DNA of 64,000 bases from an uncultured virus (IMG/VR IMGVR_UViG_3300008624_000002) (IMGVR_UViG_3300008624_000002); one strand, 5' to 3'; counted from the first letter of the stretch, positions 1 through 9,121 are shown. The notes: generated by a model not told the origin, from the sequence alone. Numbers and translations: made by a program.

Positions 1-344
1 TTCCATGCACCGAAACCATTAATGTTTCCCCATGAGTTATGAAATTCTATATCAAAAGAATCTTTCTTAACACCCATGTATGGCATAATTTCATCTCTCA
101 TCACCCTCTTTATTTGTCTTACTGCACCAATGAATATAGGATTAGTTTCTAAACCATCATTTGATTGCCAACTAGTATTTTCTTGATTAGATAAAAATCT
201 TCCTTCATCTCTTTTTCTTATTGCGTCCATCTCATCTCTCAACAGACCAAAATACTCTTCGGTCATAGTTGAACACCTATCTTTCTCTTCATGTAAAAAA
301 GATTTATGAAATAGATAAGTTGGAAACATTAGTCTAACTGCCAT
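1..344 (-). CDS. Putative 2OG-Fe(II) oxygenase, TIGR02466-like (runs off window edge)
   Basis: Not in the ORF track. I translated it from the ATG at 344, which overlaps the upstream stop: MAVRLMFPTYLF...SN..SWQS...NSWGNINGFGAW. The FPT, WQS and W-x-N-x-N pattern is typical of this family. Confidence 0.65.
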   Translation of the reverse strand, partial: MAVRLMFPTYLFHKSFLHEEKDRCSTMTEEYFGLLRDEMDAIRKRDEGRFLSNQENTSWQSNDGLETNPIFIGAVRQIKRVMRDEIMPYMGVKKDSFDIEFHNSWGNINGFGAW

Positions 345-1195
345 TACTTCTCCTCATCTGTTATGTGTGCAGGACATTCTGGTGGCGGTTTATCTTCTTT
401 AAAGTATTGTCCTTTCTCTTTCCAATAACCTTCTAATCTATATGGACCCAATTTCTTCGAATCACTATTTTTATATTCATCGTACATTTTTCTTCCTTGT
501 TCGTCCATTCCAGGCATGTCTGCATGTCTTGTATATTCACTTCTGTTTTCATGCCACACCTTAGCGTCTTTTAATTGATATGTTGCAGTCCATTTTTCCC
601 TCTTGAAAGGAATCACTTGAACGAGAGGCGTGCCTTTCGGTATAGTAAATGAATGTTCTACTTTAGGATAGAATATGATTTGCGAATTATCCAAATTTGT
701 GTTAAACTTATCTGTATCTATAACACCTTGCCAAACTGCAAAATAATCATTTTGAAATAGAAAAGGGTCTAAGTAGAAACAAGAATAATCTGTTGGTGTA
801 ATAATGTTCCATGCATTTCTCATTTTAAACGCATCTTTAACATGACCTTTACCATTCTTTATATAATCAAATGCATTATCAAACTGTTCAGATGGATGTG
901 TCGGAGAACCATAGCCTGAATCTGTTGGGTCTTTTGTTGTAAAATTCTCATTCGACAAACCATCTCTATCTTGTCCAACTAAAACTTCCATATCTCTATT
1001 TGCGAGAATATACCAACCAGACTTTAACCAATCGTCCATAGCTGGACATGCACGAATAGTTTGAGTTCTTCTACCTCTTACTGCTTGGAAGATTTTCATT
1101 TTCTTCCACCAGTCTGGCATAATAGATTTAGCCAGAATAGGTTTAAAATCCCTTATCGTGTTGTCATTAAATGTAGTGAAGTCTATCGTTGGCAT
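344..1195 (-). CDS. Conserved phage protein often found beside 2OG-Fe(II) oxygenases (CPAM..W..GW; IPKGTPLVQVIPFKRE)
   Basis: 283 aa ORF, translationally coupled to its neighbours; function not assignable. Confidence 0.55.
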   Translation of the reverse strand: MPTIDFTTFNDNTIRDFKPILAKSIMPDWWKKMKIFQAVRGRRTQTIRACPAMDDWLKSGWYILANRDMEVLVGQDRDGLSNENFTTKDPTDSGYGSPTHPSEQFDNAFDYIKNGKGHVKDAFKMRNAWNIITPTDYSCFYLDPFLFQNDYFAVWQGVIDTDKFNTNLDNSQIIFYPKVEHSFTIPKGTPLVQVIPFKREKWTATYQLKDAKVWHENRSEYTRHADMPGMDEQGRKMYDEYKNSDSKKLGPYRLEGYWKEKGQYFKEDKPPPECPAHITDEEK

Positions 1196-1901
1196 TATAA
1201 AACTCTTCTTTTTCTACTAGTTCTATTTCATCTCCTCTTAGAACTACTGAGCGTCTATCCATGTATCTCGCTCTTTCTGTTGGTGCATCTGCACCGTGTG
1301 GTATTCTTCCGTCAAACATTAATAATCTATTCGGAACAAACTCAATGTTTCCGATTTCATGATTCTTAATGTGTTCGTTTCTACCATCTAAACCTTGTTG
1401 TGGTTCATCATATATTCTTAAATTACCACCCCATTTCTTTTCCCAAAATGTATTATAATAATATAAGAATGAGAGATTCCAATCATCATCTTCAGCACAA
1501 TCACTATGAGTTGTTCCATGCTGACCATATGTTTGAGAATTTAGTCCCATATATTGAAATCTTTTCCATTTGAATCCAAAATCAGTACATATTCTTCTAT
1601 TCAACCATCGAGCAGGAATAGATTGTAATGCATCAACACAAACTGAATCTCTTTCAACTACACCATTCTCTACTCGAAAAAATGATGCACCCCAAAATGA
1701 ATGATGTGGTAATCCTGTTCTACTGTGACCTTGTACTGAATTTGTTTTAGACCATATTGCATTATTGGTAAACTTATTATTAATCCAATAGTGTAGACTC
1801 GTTTCTAGATAGTTGTCTATTACATAAATTTTATTTCTTATGGGAAAGTCAACCAATCGAAACGGCTTATCTAGATAGATAATCTCAAGGTCTTCAAACA
1901 T
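1167..1901 (-). CDS. 2OG-Fe(II) oxygenase (prolyl-hydroxylase-like)
   Basis: HxD (HSD), LYYYN..W...WGG, PNRLLMFDG..PH, distal His and Arg. Confidence 0.85.
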   Translation of the reverse strand: MFEDLEIIYLDKPFRLVDFPIRNKIYVIDNYLETSLHYWINNKFTNNAIWSKTNSVQGHSRTGLPHHSFWGASFFRVENGVVERDSVCVDALQSIPARWLNRRICTDFGFKWKRFQYMGLNSQTYGQHGTTHSDCAEDDDWNLSFLYYYNTFWEKKWGGNLRIYDEPQQGLDGRNEHIKNHEIGNIEFVPNRLLMFDGRIPHGADAPTERARYMDRRSVVLRGDEIELVEKEEFYNANDRLHYI

Positions 1902-1905
1902 GTTT

Positions 1906-2457
1906 TTAACCTATTAAAGCTTTCTGTGGTGAAGGAATCTGGTTTGAGTAATCTTCGAACTCTCTTAGAGTGTCTTCTCTAGTGTTTCTAATTTCTTCAA
2001 CCACATTCAAGTAAACATTCCATACTGCATCATAATATTCTAATACTCTTCTAGCATCTGACCTTAAGGGGTGGTTTGAACCTTCTCTGCCGGCGGCAAC
2101 TACATCCATGATGTTTTGAAATCCATAAGAATCGGATTGATCCATGATATAACCTTCACACATGTTTTGCAGTTGTCCACTAAATTGATTTTGTAGACTT
2201 ACTCCTTCTGGTGGAGCTGAATTAGATATGTATGTTTCAATCGCATCAATTTCAGAATCAACTAAGTTAATCTTCTCTTGGTCATCAAACTGTTTAGTTT
2301 CGTCCCATTTTAAAATTTTAACTTCAATATCATCATAAACCAATACATCAAATTCAAAACCTAATTCTGGTTTATCTGTGTTCTCGAACCTGTATTCGAG
2401 TCCGTTTGGTTTTCTAACAGTAAGATTTCCATTTTCACAATAAATTAAAGCATTCAT
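1906..2457 (-). CDS. Tail-fibre-associated/chaperone-like protein
   Basis: C-terminal helical segment YGF.NI.....S.HP....A......DAVW resembles small proteins that follow phage fibre genes; genomic position. Confidence 0.4.
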   Translation of the reverse strand: MNALIYCENGNLTVRKPNGLEYRFENTDKPELGFEFDVLVYDDIEVKILKWDETKQFDDQEKINLVDSEIDAIETYISNSAPPEGVSLQNQFSGQLQNMCEGYIMDQSDSYGFQNIMDVVAAGREGSNHPLRSDARRVLEYYDAVWNVYLNVVEEIRNTREDTLREFEDYSNQIPSPQKALIG

Positions 2458-2470
2458 AATTTCTCCATTA

Positions 2471-4000
2471 TTAACTGAATTTGTTCAATATATTTCTATA
2501 AGTATTTAGTTCTTCTATTTGGGTCGTATCCATACCCTCAATCCATGGTCCGCCTCGTGTATAATGTATTGCACTAGGTCTCCAATTAGTTTCTCTTGTA
2601 TCATGTCCTTCTGTAAACACATAATGTTCTGGTATCTGAGATATCTTATCAGTCCATTCAAATTGATGTAAGTATTTACCACTTGCAGTATTAATTACTT
2701 CTGGTGTAAGTTTTTTGCAGTCTTCGTGTGCGTTATTAAATATCATTAGCGAAGACCATAGTTTCTTTGGATACGAAACATTCTTTTCACCATCGAACTT
2801 AGTATCTGGATATTTGTCAAAGTCATATTGTATACATGCGACTGCATCATCTGGGTCCAGAAAGTAGAACATTGGCCATAAACTCTTAGTGAATAATATA
2901 TCATCGTCTAAGAATATACTAAATCCTTCGTAATTTTCTAAGTATGGAATTAAGAATCTACTGTAAGTAAATTCTGTAGATTGATTTGCATAGTCTCTAG
3001 TGTATTCAGGAATCTTAGATATATCAAGAAAGTTAATTTCTGGTTTCCATTTATTCATCCAATTGTGAACCTCTCCACCACCAGCGCCAAATTTCGTTGA
3101 ATATTCAATACACTTCTTATTTAATTCTGCGAGATTTTTATGTCTAGAATCGTAACCAATGTATACATTTGAGTGTTTACCTTTAGCTAACTTATTGATT
3201 TTCTTATTAAAATCATAAACTTCTGTTCTAAAAGTCATCTGTAATAAGTCGGTTAGTATCTCTATATAACCATGAGTAAATGCAAATGATATATTCTTAT
3301 GATACTTATCTGGTCTTGCAAGTATCTTTTCTTTAGCCCAATCTATAATTTCTTCTATTTCTATTTCCGGAACAGGTATGATATCGTATTCGTCCCATAT
3401 CCACATTTCCATATCCCAATCATCTAGACATTCAAATACAGGAGAACGAACAGAACCTGGGTGAATGTTTAAACTAAACATATCTCCTTGTTTTTTAACT
3501 ATACCTTGAATTGGATTCCATAAACCCTCTTTTCTTATACTGTTTACTAACCAATGTGCTTTAGCGGCATGATAATATACAGAACATATGTTCTCTTCAA
3601 AGTCTGGATTATGTGATTCATCAATATGCGTTCCTATCTTTTCATATTCATCATTTGAATTTTTGAACTCCATACCCGAGTGACCAGGTTTTGGATTCTC
3701 TGGTTTATATGTATAACCATGTGGTAAGAAATACTGATATCCAAAAGCTTGAGACTGCAATGCGTTCCAACCAGAAAACTTACCGTCTCTAATTAACTTA
3801 ACTACATCTCCCCATGTGACTCTTTTAAGTTTTAGATTATATTCTTTGATTATATATTTTAAAGATTTGTATGCCTCTTTGTCTTCGTAAGGTTCATCTA
3901 TGTTGAACCCGCCCATGTGCATATGGAAAGACCTGTCTTTCCAATCTTCTTTTTCTAGAATGGCTATAGTGTCACTTAAAGTTTTAGAACTGATACTCAT
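2471..4000 (-). CDS. GT-A fold glycosyltransferase fused to an N-terminal ParB/Srx-like domain
   Basis: C-half: VYIGYDSR, STEFTYSRFLIPYL, FLDDD (DxD), YPKKLWSSLMIFNN, HYTRGGPW. N-half: L.NSI.KEGL.NPIQG...IHPG..R. Confidence 0.8.
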   Translation of the reverse strand: MSISSKTLSDTIAILEKEDWKDRSFHMHMGGFNIDEPYEDKEAYKSLKYIIKEYNLKLKRVTWGDVVKLIRDGKFSGWNALQSQAFGYQYFLPHGYTYKPENPKPGHSGMEFKNSNDEYEKIGTHIDESHNPDFEENICSVYYHAAKAHWLVNSIRKEGLWNPIQGIVKKQGDMFSLNIHPGSVRSPVFECLDDWDMEMWIWDEYDIIPVPEIEIEEIIDWAKEKILARPDKYHKNISFAFTHGYIEILTDLLQMTFRTEVYDFNKKINKLAKGKHSNVYIGYDSRHKNLAELNKKCIEYSTKFGAGGGEVHNWMNKWKPEINFLDISKIPEYTRDYANQSTEFTYSRFLIPYLENYEGFSIFLDDDILFTKSLWPMFYFLDPDDAVACIQYDFDKYPDTKFDGEKNVSYPKKLWSSLMIFNNAHEDCKKLTPEVINTASGKYLHQFEWTDKISQIPEHYVFTEGHDTRETNWRPSAIHYTRGGPWIEGMDTTQIEELNTYRNILNKFS

Positions 4001-4024
4001 AATATAGAATCCGGTTTATACGGA

Positions 4025-4032
4025 TATTTATG
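4025..4032 (-). promoter_or_regulatory. T4-type late promoter variant CATAAATA upstream of the glycosyltransferase/oxygenase cassette
   Basis: One mismatch to TATAAATA; intergenic; the same variant occurs before other late genes here. Confidence 0.55.
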
Positions 4033-4033
4033 T

Positions 4034-5038
4034 CTACGAAGTAATAGGTGATCCAGGCCAAGTACCAGTGCCATCCCAACGGATAACTGGTGTTCGCCCT
4101 TGTCTTGCATATGTAGACGGCGACCTATGGTCGTAAGTTGAAGGTTGTTGTCCTTGTCTTGCATATGTAGTAGGACTTCTGTGGTCGTAAGTTGAAGGTT
4201 GTTGTCCTTGTCTTGCATATGTAGACGGCGACCTGTGGTCATATGTGAATGGCGACTGTTTACTTGTCGGATGTTGATATGTCGAAGGACTTCTATGGTC
4301 GTATGTCAATGGCGACCTATGGTCATAAGAAGATGGCGACCTGTGGTCATATGTAAACGGTGACCTGTGATTATATGTAGTAGGCGACCTATGGTCATAA
4401 GAAGATGGCGACCTATGGTCGTATGTAAATGGACTTTGTTTATTTCTAATATTGGGTTCTTGAGCATTACTAGGTTGCTGAATATCTCTAATATTAGGTT
4501 GTTGAGCAGACCTAATATTTGGTTCTTGTGCATTACTAGGTGATTGATTATTTCTTATATTAGGTTGTTGAGCAGACTTAATCGTAGGTTGCTGAGCATT
4601 ACTAGGTTGTTGAGCAGACCTAATGTTCGGTTCTTGAATGTTTCTAATGTTAGGTTCTTGACCAGCCTTAATCGTAGGTTGTTGATTATTTCTAATGTTT
4701 GGTTCTTGTGCGTTCCTAATGTTTGGTTGTCTAGCATTAGCAATATAAGGCGACTGGAATGTAAACGGTTGCCTATACGGTTGTCGAGCATTAGCAATAT
4801 AAGGACTTTGATAAGTAAACGGTTGTCTATATGGTTGTCTAGCATTAGCAATATAAGGCGACTGATAAGTAAACGGCTGTCTTGCATTATTCGGTTGTCG
4901 AGCAGACCTAATGTTAGGTTCTTGAGCAGACCTAATATTTGGTTGCCTAGCATTAGCAATATACGGCGACTGGAATGTAAACGGCGTCTGCGTTGTATAC
5001 GGTTGTTGTTGGTTTGCAATGACTGGTTGTTGTGGCAT
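4034..5038 (-). CDS. Pro-repeat fibre protein, partner B of pair 1
   Basis: 334 aa, of which 312 are Pro-initiated units (PNIRxAQE, PFTYDHRS, PYIANARQ, etc.); start overlaps the stop of the upstream gene. Confidence 0.8.
   Translation of the reverse strand: MPQQPVIANQQQPYTTQTPFTFQSPYIANARQPNIRSAQEPNIRSARQPNNARQPFTYQSPYIANARQPYRQPFTYQSPYIANARQPYRQPFTFQSPYIANARQPNIRNAQEPNIRNNQQPTIKAGQEPNIRNIQEPNIRSAQQPSNAQQPTIKSAQQPNIRNNQSPSNAQEPNIRSAQQPNIRDIQQPSNAQEPNIRNKQSPFTYDHRSPSSYDHRSPTTYNHRSPFTYDHRSPSSYDHRSPLTYDHRSPSTYQHPTSKQSPFTYDHRSPSTYARQGQQPSTYDHRSPTTYARQGQQPSTYDHRSPSTYARQGRTPVIRWDGTGTWPGSPITS
4091..5026 (-). repeat. Array of 40 even-length Pro-initiated peptide units
   Basis: Parsed by hand from the translation; PYRQ+PFTxQS counted as one 10-residue unit. 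Confidence 0.9.
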
Positions 5039-6663
5039 TAGAATTTCTCGTTAAAGTTATGCACCAACATGCCATTAACAAAATAGGTGTGATTTCCTTC
5101 AACACCACTTAAGTTATACACTGTCATATCTGCGTTTTCGTTAATTTCCATTATCTCTAATCCGCTTTCGTCTTGTCTATCAAACATTATAGCGTCTGTC
5201 ATAGAGAATAATGAATCCCCAATTGTAATTTCGTGTGAATTAATTCCTTCCATCCATGCGTGTTCTCTAACACACTTCTCTACATCAATAGCACCCCACT
5301 CTTGACTGTTTAACATAAATGGATGACTATCTGTTGTTTGCATGATTCTACCATCTGATAAGATGATATCATATACTGAACATGTTCTTGGTTCCATTAT
5401 GATTGAAACATCTTTAGGTTCTATACACTTAGTAGATTCGTTCCATGTCATTATCATTTGTCCCATTACAACATTTTCAATAGGCGATTGACTTCCATCT
5501 GCAAGCCATACTAATGAACCAGCAGCGAAGCAACCACCACCACCACCACCTGGTGTAGTGTATGGATTACGATAACTGTATGTCACTGGAGTTCTTGCGT
5601 TACCAGGTTGTCTTGCGTTATTCGGTTCCCTTGATTGATAAGTGAACGGCACTCTATGGTTGTAAGTAAAGGGTGACCTATGGTTATATGTAAAAGGGGT
5701 CTGATAAGTAAATGGCGTTCTAGCGTTATTTGGTTCCCTTGATTGATAAGTGAATGGTGTTCTCGCAGATGTTCTAGCGTTATTCGGTTGTCTTGACTGA
5801 TAAGTGAACGGTGTACGAGCAGAAGTTCTAGCGTTATTCGGTTCTCTTGACTGATAAGTGAACGGCACCCTATGGTTGTATGTAAAAGGCGACCTATGTT
5901 GATATGACGAAGGACTTCTATGATTGTAAGTAAAAGGCGACCTGTGATTGTAAGTATAAGGCGACCTATGATTGTAAGTAAATGGATGCCTGTATGTAAA
6001 CGGTGACCTATGGTCATAAGTAAATGGTGACCTATGATTGTAAGAAGTTGGATGTCTGTATGTAAACGGCGACCTATGGTCGTATGTAAAAGGCGACCTA
6101 TGTTGATAGGTAAATGGATGCCTGTATGTAGACGGCGACCTATGGTCGTATGTTAAAGGTTGTCTAGCCGGTCTAATATTAGGTTCTTGTTGGTTTCTAA
6201 TATTAGGTTCTTGTTGGTTTCTTATGTTTGGTTCTTGTGCGTCCTTAATCGTAGGTTGTTGATTATTTCTAATATTAGGTTCTTGTTGGTTTCTAATATT
6301 TGGTTCTTGTGCATTAGAAGGATGACGATAGATAACAGGTTGTCTAGCCTGCCTAATATTTGGCTCTTGTGCATTTGCAATATAAGGATATGGCGTTTGT
6401 GCGTTTCTTATATTTGGTTCTTGTTGGTTTGCAATATAAGGATATGGCGTTTGCCTATTCCTAATATTTGGTTCTTGTGCATTTGCAATATAAGGATAAG
6501 GTTGTTGAACACTCTGTTGTCCTGATGCGTTATTCCAACCAGTAGGTGTCTTGATGTAGATTTGGTCTACATCTTTCCATGTAGTAGGACCAGTTTTTAC
6601 CCAAGCGCCTTTAGTGGCATTCCAACCTGTGGGAGTTTTTACCTTCTGAGAGCCTGTCGCCAT
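5038..6663 (-). CDS. Pro-repeat fibre protein, partner A of pair 1: N-terminal KTxTGW hairpin cap, 312-aa repeat array, Gly6 linker, C-terminal Hint domain
   Basis: 541 aa; Hint motifs CFAAGS at the start, TTDSHPF (block B) and VYNL..EGNHTYFVNGMLVHN at the end. Confidence 0.85.
   Translation of the reverse strand: MATGSQKVKTPTGWNATKGAWVKTGPTTWKDVDQIYIKTPTGWNNASGQQSVQQPYPYIANAQEPNIRNRQTPYPYIANQQEPNIRNAQTPYPYIANAQEPNIRQARQPVIYRHPSNAQEPNIRNQQEPNIRNNQQPTIKDAQEPNIRNQQEPNIRNQQEPNIRPARQPLTYDHRSPSTYRHPFTYQHRSPFTYDHRSPFTYRHPTSYNHRSPFTYDHRSPFTYRHPFTYNHRSPYTYNHRSPFTYNHRSPSSYQHRSPFTYNHRVPFTYQSREPNNARTSARTPFTYQSRQPNNARTSARTPFTYQSREPNNARTPFTYQTPFTYNHRSPFTYNHRVPFTYQSREPNNARQPGNARTPVTYSYRNPYTTPGGGGGGCFAAGSLVWLADGSQSPIENVVMGQMIMTWNESTKCIEPKDVSIIMEPRTCSVYDIILSDGRIMQTTDSHPFMLNSQEWGAIDVEKCVREHAWMEGINSHEITIGDSLFSMTDAIMFDRQDESGLEIMEINENADMTVYNLSGVEGNHTYFVNGMLVHNFNEKF
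5056..5532 (-). other. Hint (intein-like) autoprocessing domain, Cys378 to Asn536
   Basis: N-terminal Cys after GGGGGG, TxxH motif, terminal His-Asn followed by FNEKF; no homing-endonuclease insert. Confidence 0.85.
5566..6501 (-). repeat. Array of 40 even-length Pro-initiated peptide units
   Basis: Parsed by hand from the translation; PY+PYIANxQE counted as one 10-residue unit. Confidence 0.9.
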
Positions 6664-6681
6664 ATTATAAAGTCCTAACTA

Positions 6682-8757
6682 TTAAGAGTAAAGAATCCAT
6701 AAATCGCCGATTGCGCCGTCACCTCCACCTGGTGCAGAAGTCGATTGATGAATATTTCTTGCAACAGCACCACTGTTAGCGGCATGACTTGTAGTTATTT
6801 GGCCAAACCCAACATTTGATGATGTTCCTACCGCTTGTCCGATACTAACTGCACCGTTTGATATTGCAACACCAGTTCCTGCGGTAATGTGAGCTCTTAC
6901 TTCAGCTGCACTTGGACCAGTGTATGTAATCACACCTGTTGAACTATTATATGCGGCTGAACCATCTCCACCAGCATCTGTGACTGAGATTGCAGCTCTA
7001 GCTCTTGCAGTTGTGTGATAAAGGTTACTTGAACCTTCTGTTAAATCATCTGTATCATGTCCAGTTAATGCTGTGACTGTACCAGCACTTCCAGATACAT
7101 TACCTGTGACATTACCTGTAAGATTACCTTCAAGAGTTCCTGCCTTAAAGTGTTCAGAACCTATTGACCATTCATCTTCTGATTCGTCCCAAATTAAAGT
7201 TTTAGCAGATGAACTACCTCTAGTAATACTGATACCACTATCTTCTGATGGTGTACCTGAGGTGAAATTACTGTTAAGTGCGATTATATTATCTGCAAGG
7301 TTAATTGTTTCTGAGTTTACAGTTGTTGTAGTTCCGGAAACTGTTAAGTCACCAGAAATTGTCATTGAATCACTAATTGCAACTACACCTGTTCCGTTTG
7401 CACTTATTGTTAAGTTGCCGTTTGTAGTTCTTGATTCTATTGCATCTACATCTATTGAGTTTGCAAAAGTGATTGCATTACCATCTGATGAAGTGATATT
7501 AGAACCTGCCTGAACTTCGACAGGACCTTTAAGTTGTATACTACCACTACCAGTTGGGTCTAACTCAACATCACCTGAACCACCTGTTTGCACACTAACA
7601 TTTTGGTTAGAGTCAGCAGAAATAACAATTGTTCCTGAACTATCTTCAACCACTTTTTGTCCATTAACATATAATGAACCTGGCCCGATGTATACATCTT
7701 TCCATGTTTTTGTAGATGAACCTAAATCGTAAGTATCATCTGTAGTTGGTATTAAATGACCTCCTATTGTAGAGGCCGCAGTTGTTGTGACACCTGCAAA
7801 TGAAGGTTTATCAGAAGTTGCAACTGCTTGTCCTATCGCAAGAACACCACTTGAAGCGGTTATACCAGTTCCTGCAATTGCAGTAGATATATCTGCGATT
7901 GCTTCTTTTCTACTTCCATTTGAATCGTTTGCATCTATTATTGCAACACTATCATTCGCAACATCTACAGTAGCTGCCGTTAATTCGTTTAAATCTAATG
8001 CAACTGTTATTGCACCACTTGTTCCACCACCCGAGAGACCATCACCTGCTGTGACTCCTGTTAAGTCTGCTGTTGATGATAATACACCATTGGTTGCAGT
8101 GATATTAGTTCCTGCCATTGCAGTAGCGAGGTCTGCAATTGATTCTTTCTTACTTGTGTTACCTGTTGCATCGATTATTGGAATACTATCGTTTGCAACA
8201 TCTACAGCAGCTGCTGTTAATTCATTCAAGTCAAGTGCGACTGTTATTGCACCACTTGTTCCACCACCAGATAAACCGTCACCTGCTGTGACTCCTGTTA
8301 AATCTGCGGTTGTAGAAAGAACACCATTTGTTGCAGTTATGTTTGTACCTGCCATTGCGGTGGCAAGGTCTGCGATTGATTCTTTTCTTGATCCATTACT
8401 GGCAGAAGCATCTACTATTGCAACACTATCGTTTGCAACATCGACTGCAGCTGCCGTTAATTCATTTAAGTCTAATGCAACTGTGACTGCACCTGAATTT
8501 CCGCCACCTGATAAACCATCGCCTGCGGTGACACCTGTGACATCACCTTGTTGTCCGTTTATTGTTAATGTACCAGCAGCGTCATCATATGATAATGATA
8601 CTCCTGTTCCTGCTGTTAATAGTGTATTGACTTGGTCGTCAATTACCTCTAGTGCCGCTGTTCCAAATGCGGCTGCCGTTAAATCTCCTGAACTATCTAA
8701 AACTGCAGCTGTTCCTACAGATAGCCCATTCTTGATTATAAAATTCTTGTCTGTCAT
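6682..8757 (-). CDS. Tail fibre protein
   Basis: 691 aa, Gly/Ser/Thr/Ala-rich; fibre motifs GDLTVSGTTTTVNS, GNLTGNVTG, TDDLTEGSSNLY; C-terminal SAP...GDLWILYS. Confidence 0.75.
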   Translation of the reverse strand: MTDKNFIIKNGLSVGTAAVLDSSGDLTAAAFGTAALEVIDDQVNTLLTAGTGVSLSYDDAAGTLTINGQQGDVTGVTAGDGLSGGGNSGAVTVALDLNELTAAAVDVANDSVAIVDASASNGSRKESIADLATAMAGTNITATNGVLSTTADLTGVTAGDGLSGGGTSGAITVALDLNELTAAAVDVANDSIPIIDATGNTSKKESIADLATAMAGTNITATNGVLSSTADLTGVTAGDGLSGGGTSGAITVALDLNELTAATVDVANDSVAIIDANDSNGSRKEAIADISTAIAGTGITASSGVLAIGQAVATSDKPSFAGVTTTAASTIGGHLIPTTDDTYDLGSSTKTWKDVYIGPGSLYVNGQKVVEDSSGTIVISADSNQNVSVQTGGSGDVELDPTGSGSIQLKGPVEVQAGSNITSSDGNAITFANSIDVDAIESRTTNGNLTISANGTGVVAISDSMTISGDLTVSGTTTTVNSETINLADNIIALNSNFTSGTPSEDSGISITRGSSSAKTLIWDESEDEWSIGSEHFKAGTLEGNLTGNVTGNVSGSAGTVTALTGHDTDDLTEGSSNLYHTTARARAAISVTDAGGDGSAAYNSSTGVITYTGPSAAEVRAHITAGTGVAISNGAVSIGQAVGTSSNVGFGQITTSHAANSGAVARNIHQSTSAPGGGDGAIGDLWILYS
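7830..8545 (-). repeat. Three tandem 79-80 aa repeats (TGVTAGDGLSGGG.SGA.TVALDLNELTAA.VDVANDS)
   Basis: Equivalent positions at 8531, 8291 and 8054 (spacing 240 and 237 nt). Confidence 0.85.
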
Positions 8758-9014
8758 TAGAAGGTACCCCCATTAATTGTCGCTAATGTCAATACTCCTG
8801 ATGTTGAATTATATGCTAAATCTCCACCTGCAGCCACTGATATAACGCCTCTAGCTCGAGCGGTAGTGTGATAAAGGTTACTTGAACCTTCACTAACATC
8901 ATCTGTATCTATTGTAGATAGTGCTGAAGCTACTATTTTACCAGCTGAACTAATTACTTCTGTGGAACCTACTGATAACCCATACTCAATTACGAAAGTG
9001 TTTTGTGTCGCCAT
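8757..9014 (-). CDS. Small fibre-related protein
   Basis: Shares the N-terminal F.I..GLSVG and the EGSSNLYHTTARAR motif with 6682-8757 (26 identical nt: 8866-8891 = 7013-7038); ends NGGTF. Confidence 0.65.
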   Translation of the reverse strand: MATQNTFVIEYGLSVGSTEVISSAGKIVASALSTIDTDDVSEGSSNLYHTTARARGVISVAAGGDLAYNSTSGVLTLATINGGTF

Positions 9015-9121
9015 TTCTTATGTGTCCCTTGTGGTTTAAGTGTAATACTGTAATTATTTATGTAATTAAACTCTCTACTAAAGGTCTAATTTAGAATAAA
9101 GTTTAATTTATTGTATATTTT

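Noticed and set aside
4034..5038. Repeat proteins as RiPP-type multi-core precursor peptides
   Set aside because: No leader or protease-site pattern. The exact length complementarity between partners and the fibre-gene context favour a structural role.
5056..5532. Mobile intein with homing endonuclease
   Set aside because: The domain is only ~160 aa with no LAGLIDADG/HNH motif, sits at the C-terminus, and has Phe at +1.
4091..6501. CRISPR array or DGR template/variable repeats
   Set aside because: The repeats are in-frame, degenerate at codon third positions and lack unique spacers. No cas operon or reverse transcriptase is in the window, and no adenine-specific variation is evident.
3997..6525. 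Alternative-frame and antisense ORFs over the repeat genes (e.g. 4544-5041 +, 4555-5019 -, 5583-6017 -, 6160-6525 +; likewise 14246-15781)
   Set aside because: Expected by-products of low-complexity, partly palindromic coding repeats; no independent start signals.
4034..6663. Mirror symmetry explained by one gene being the reverse complement (inverted duplication) of the other
   Set aside because: Both genes are on the minus strand, and the reverse complement of the PFTYDHRS codons does not encode PNIRxAQE. The symmetry is at the peptide-unit level.
7073..8776. Long plus-strand ORFs opposite fibre and baseplate genes (also 11739-12557, 33315-34271)
   Set aside because: Antisense shadows of biased codon usage; the minus-strand frames carry the recognisable motifs.
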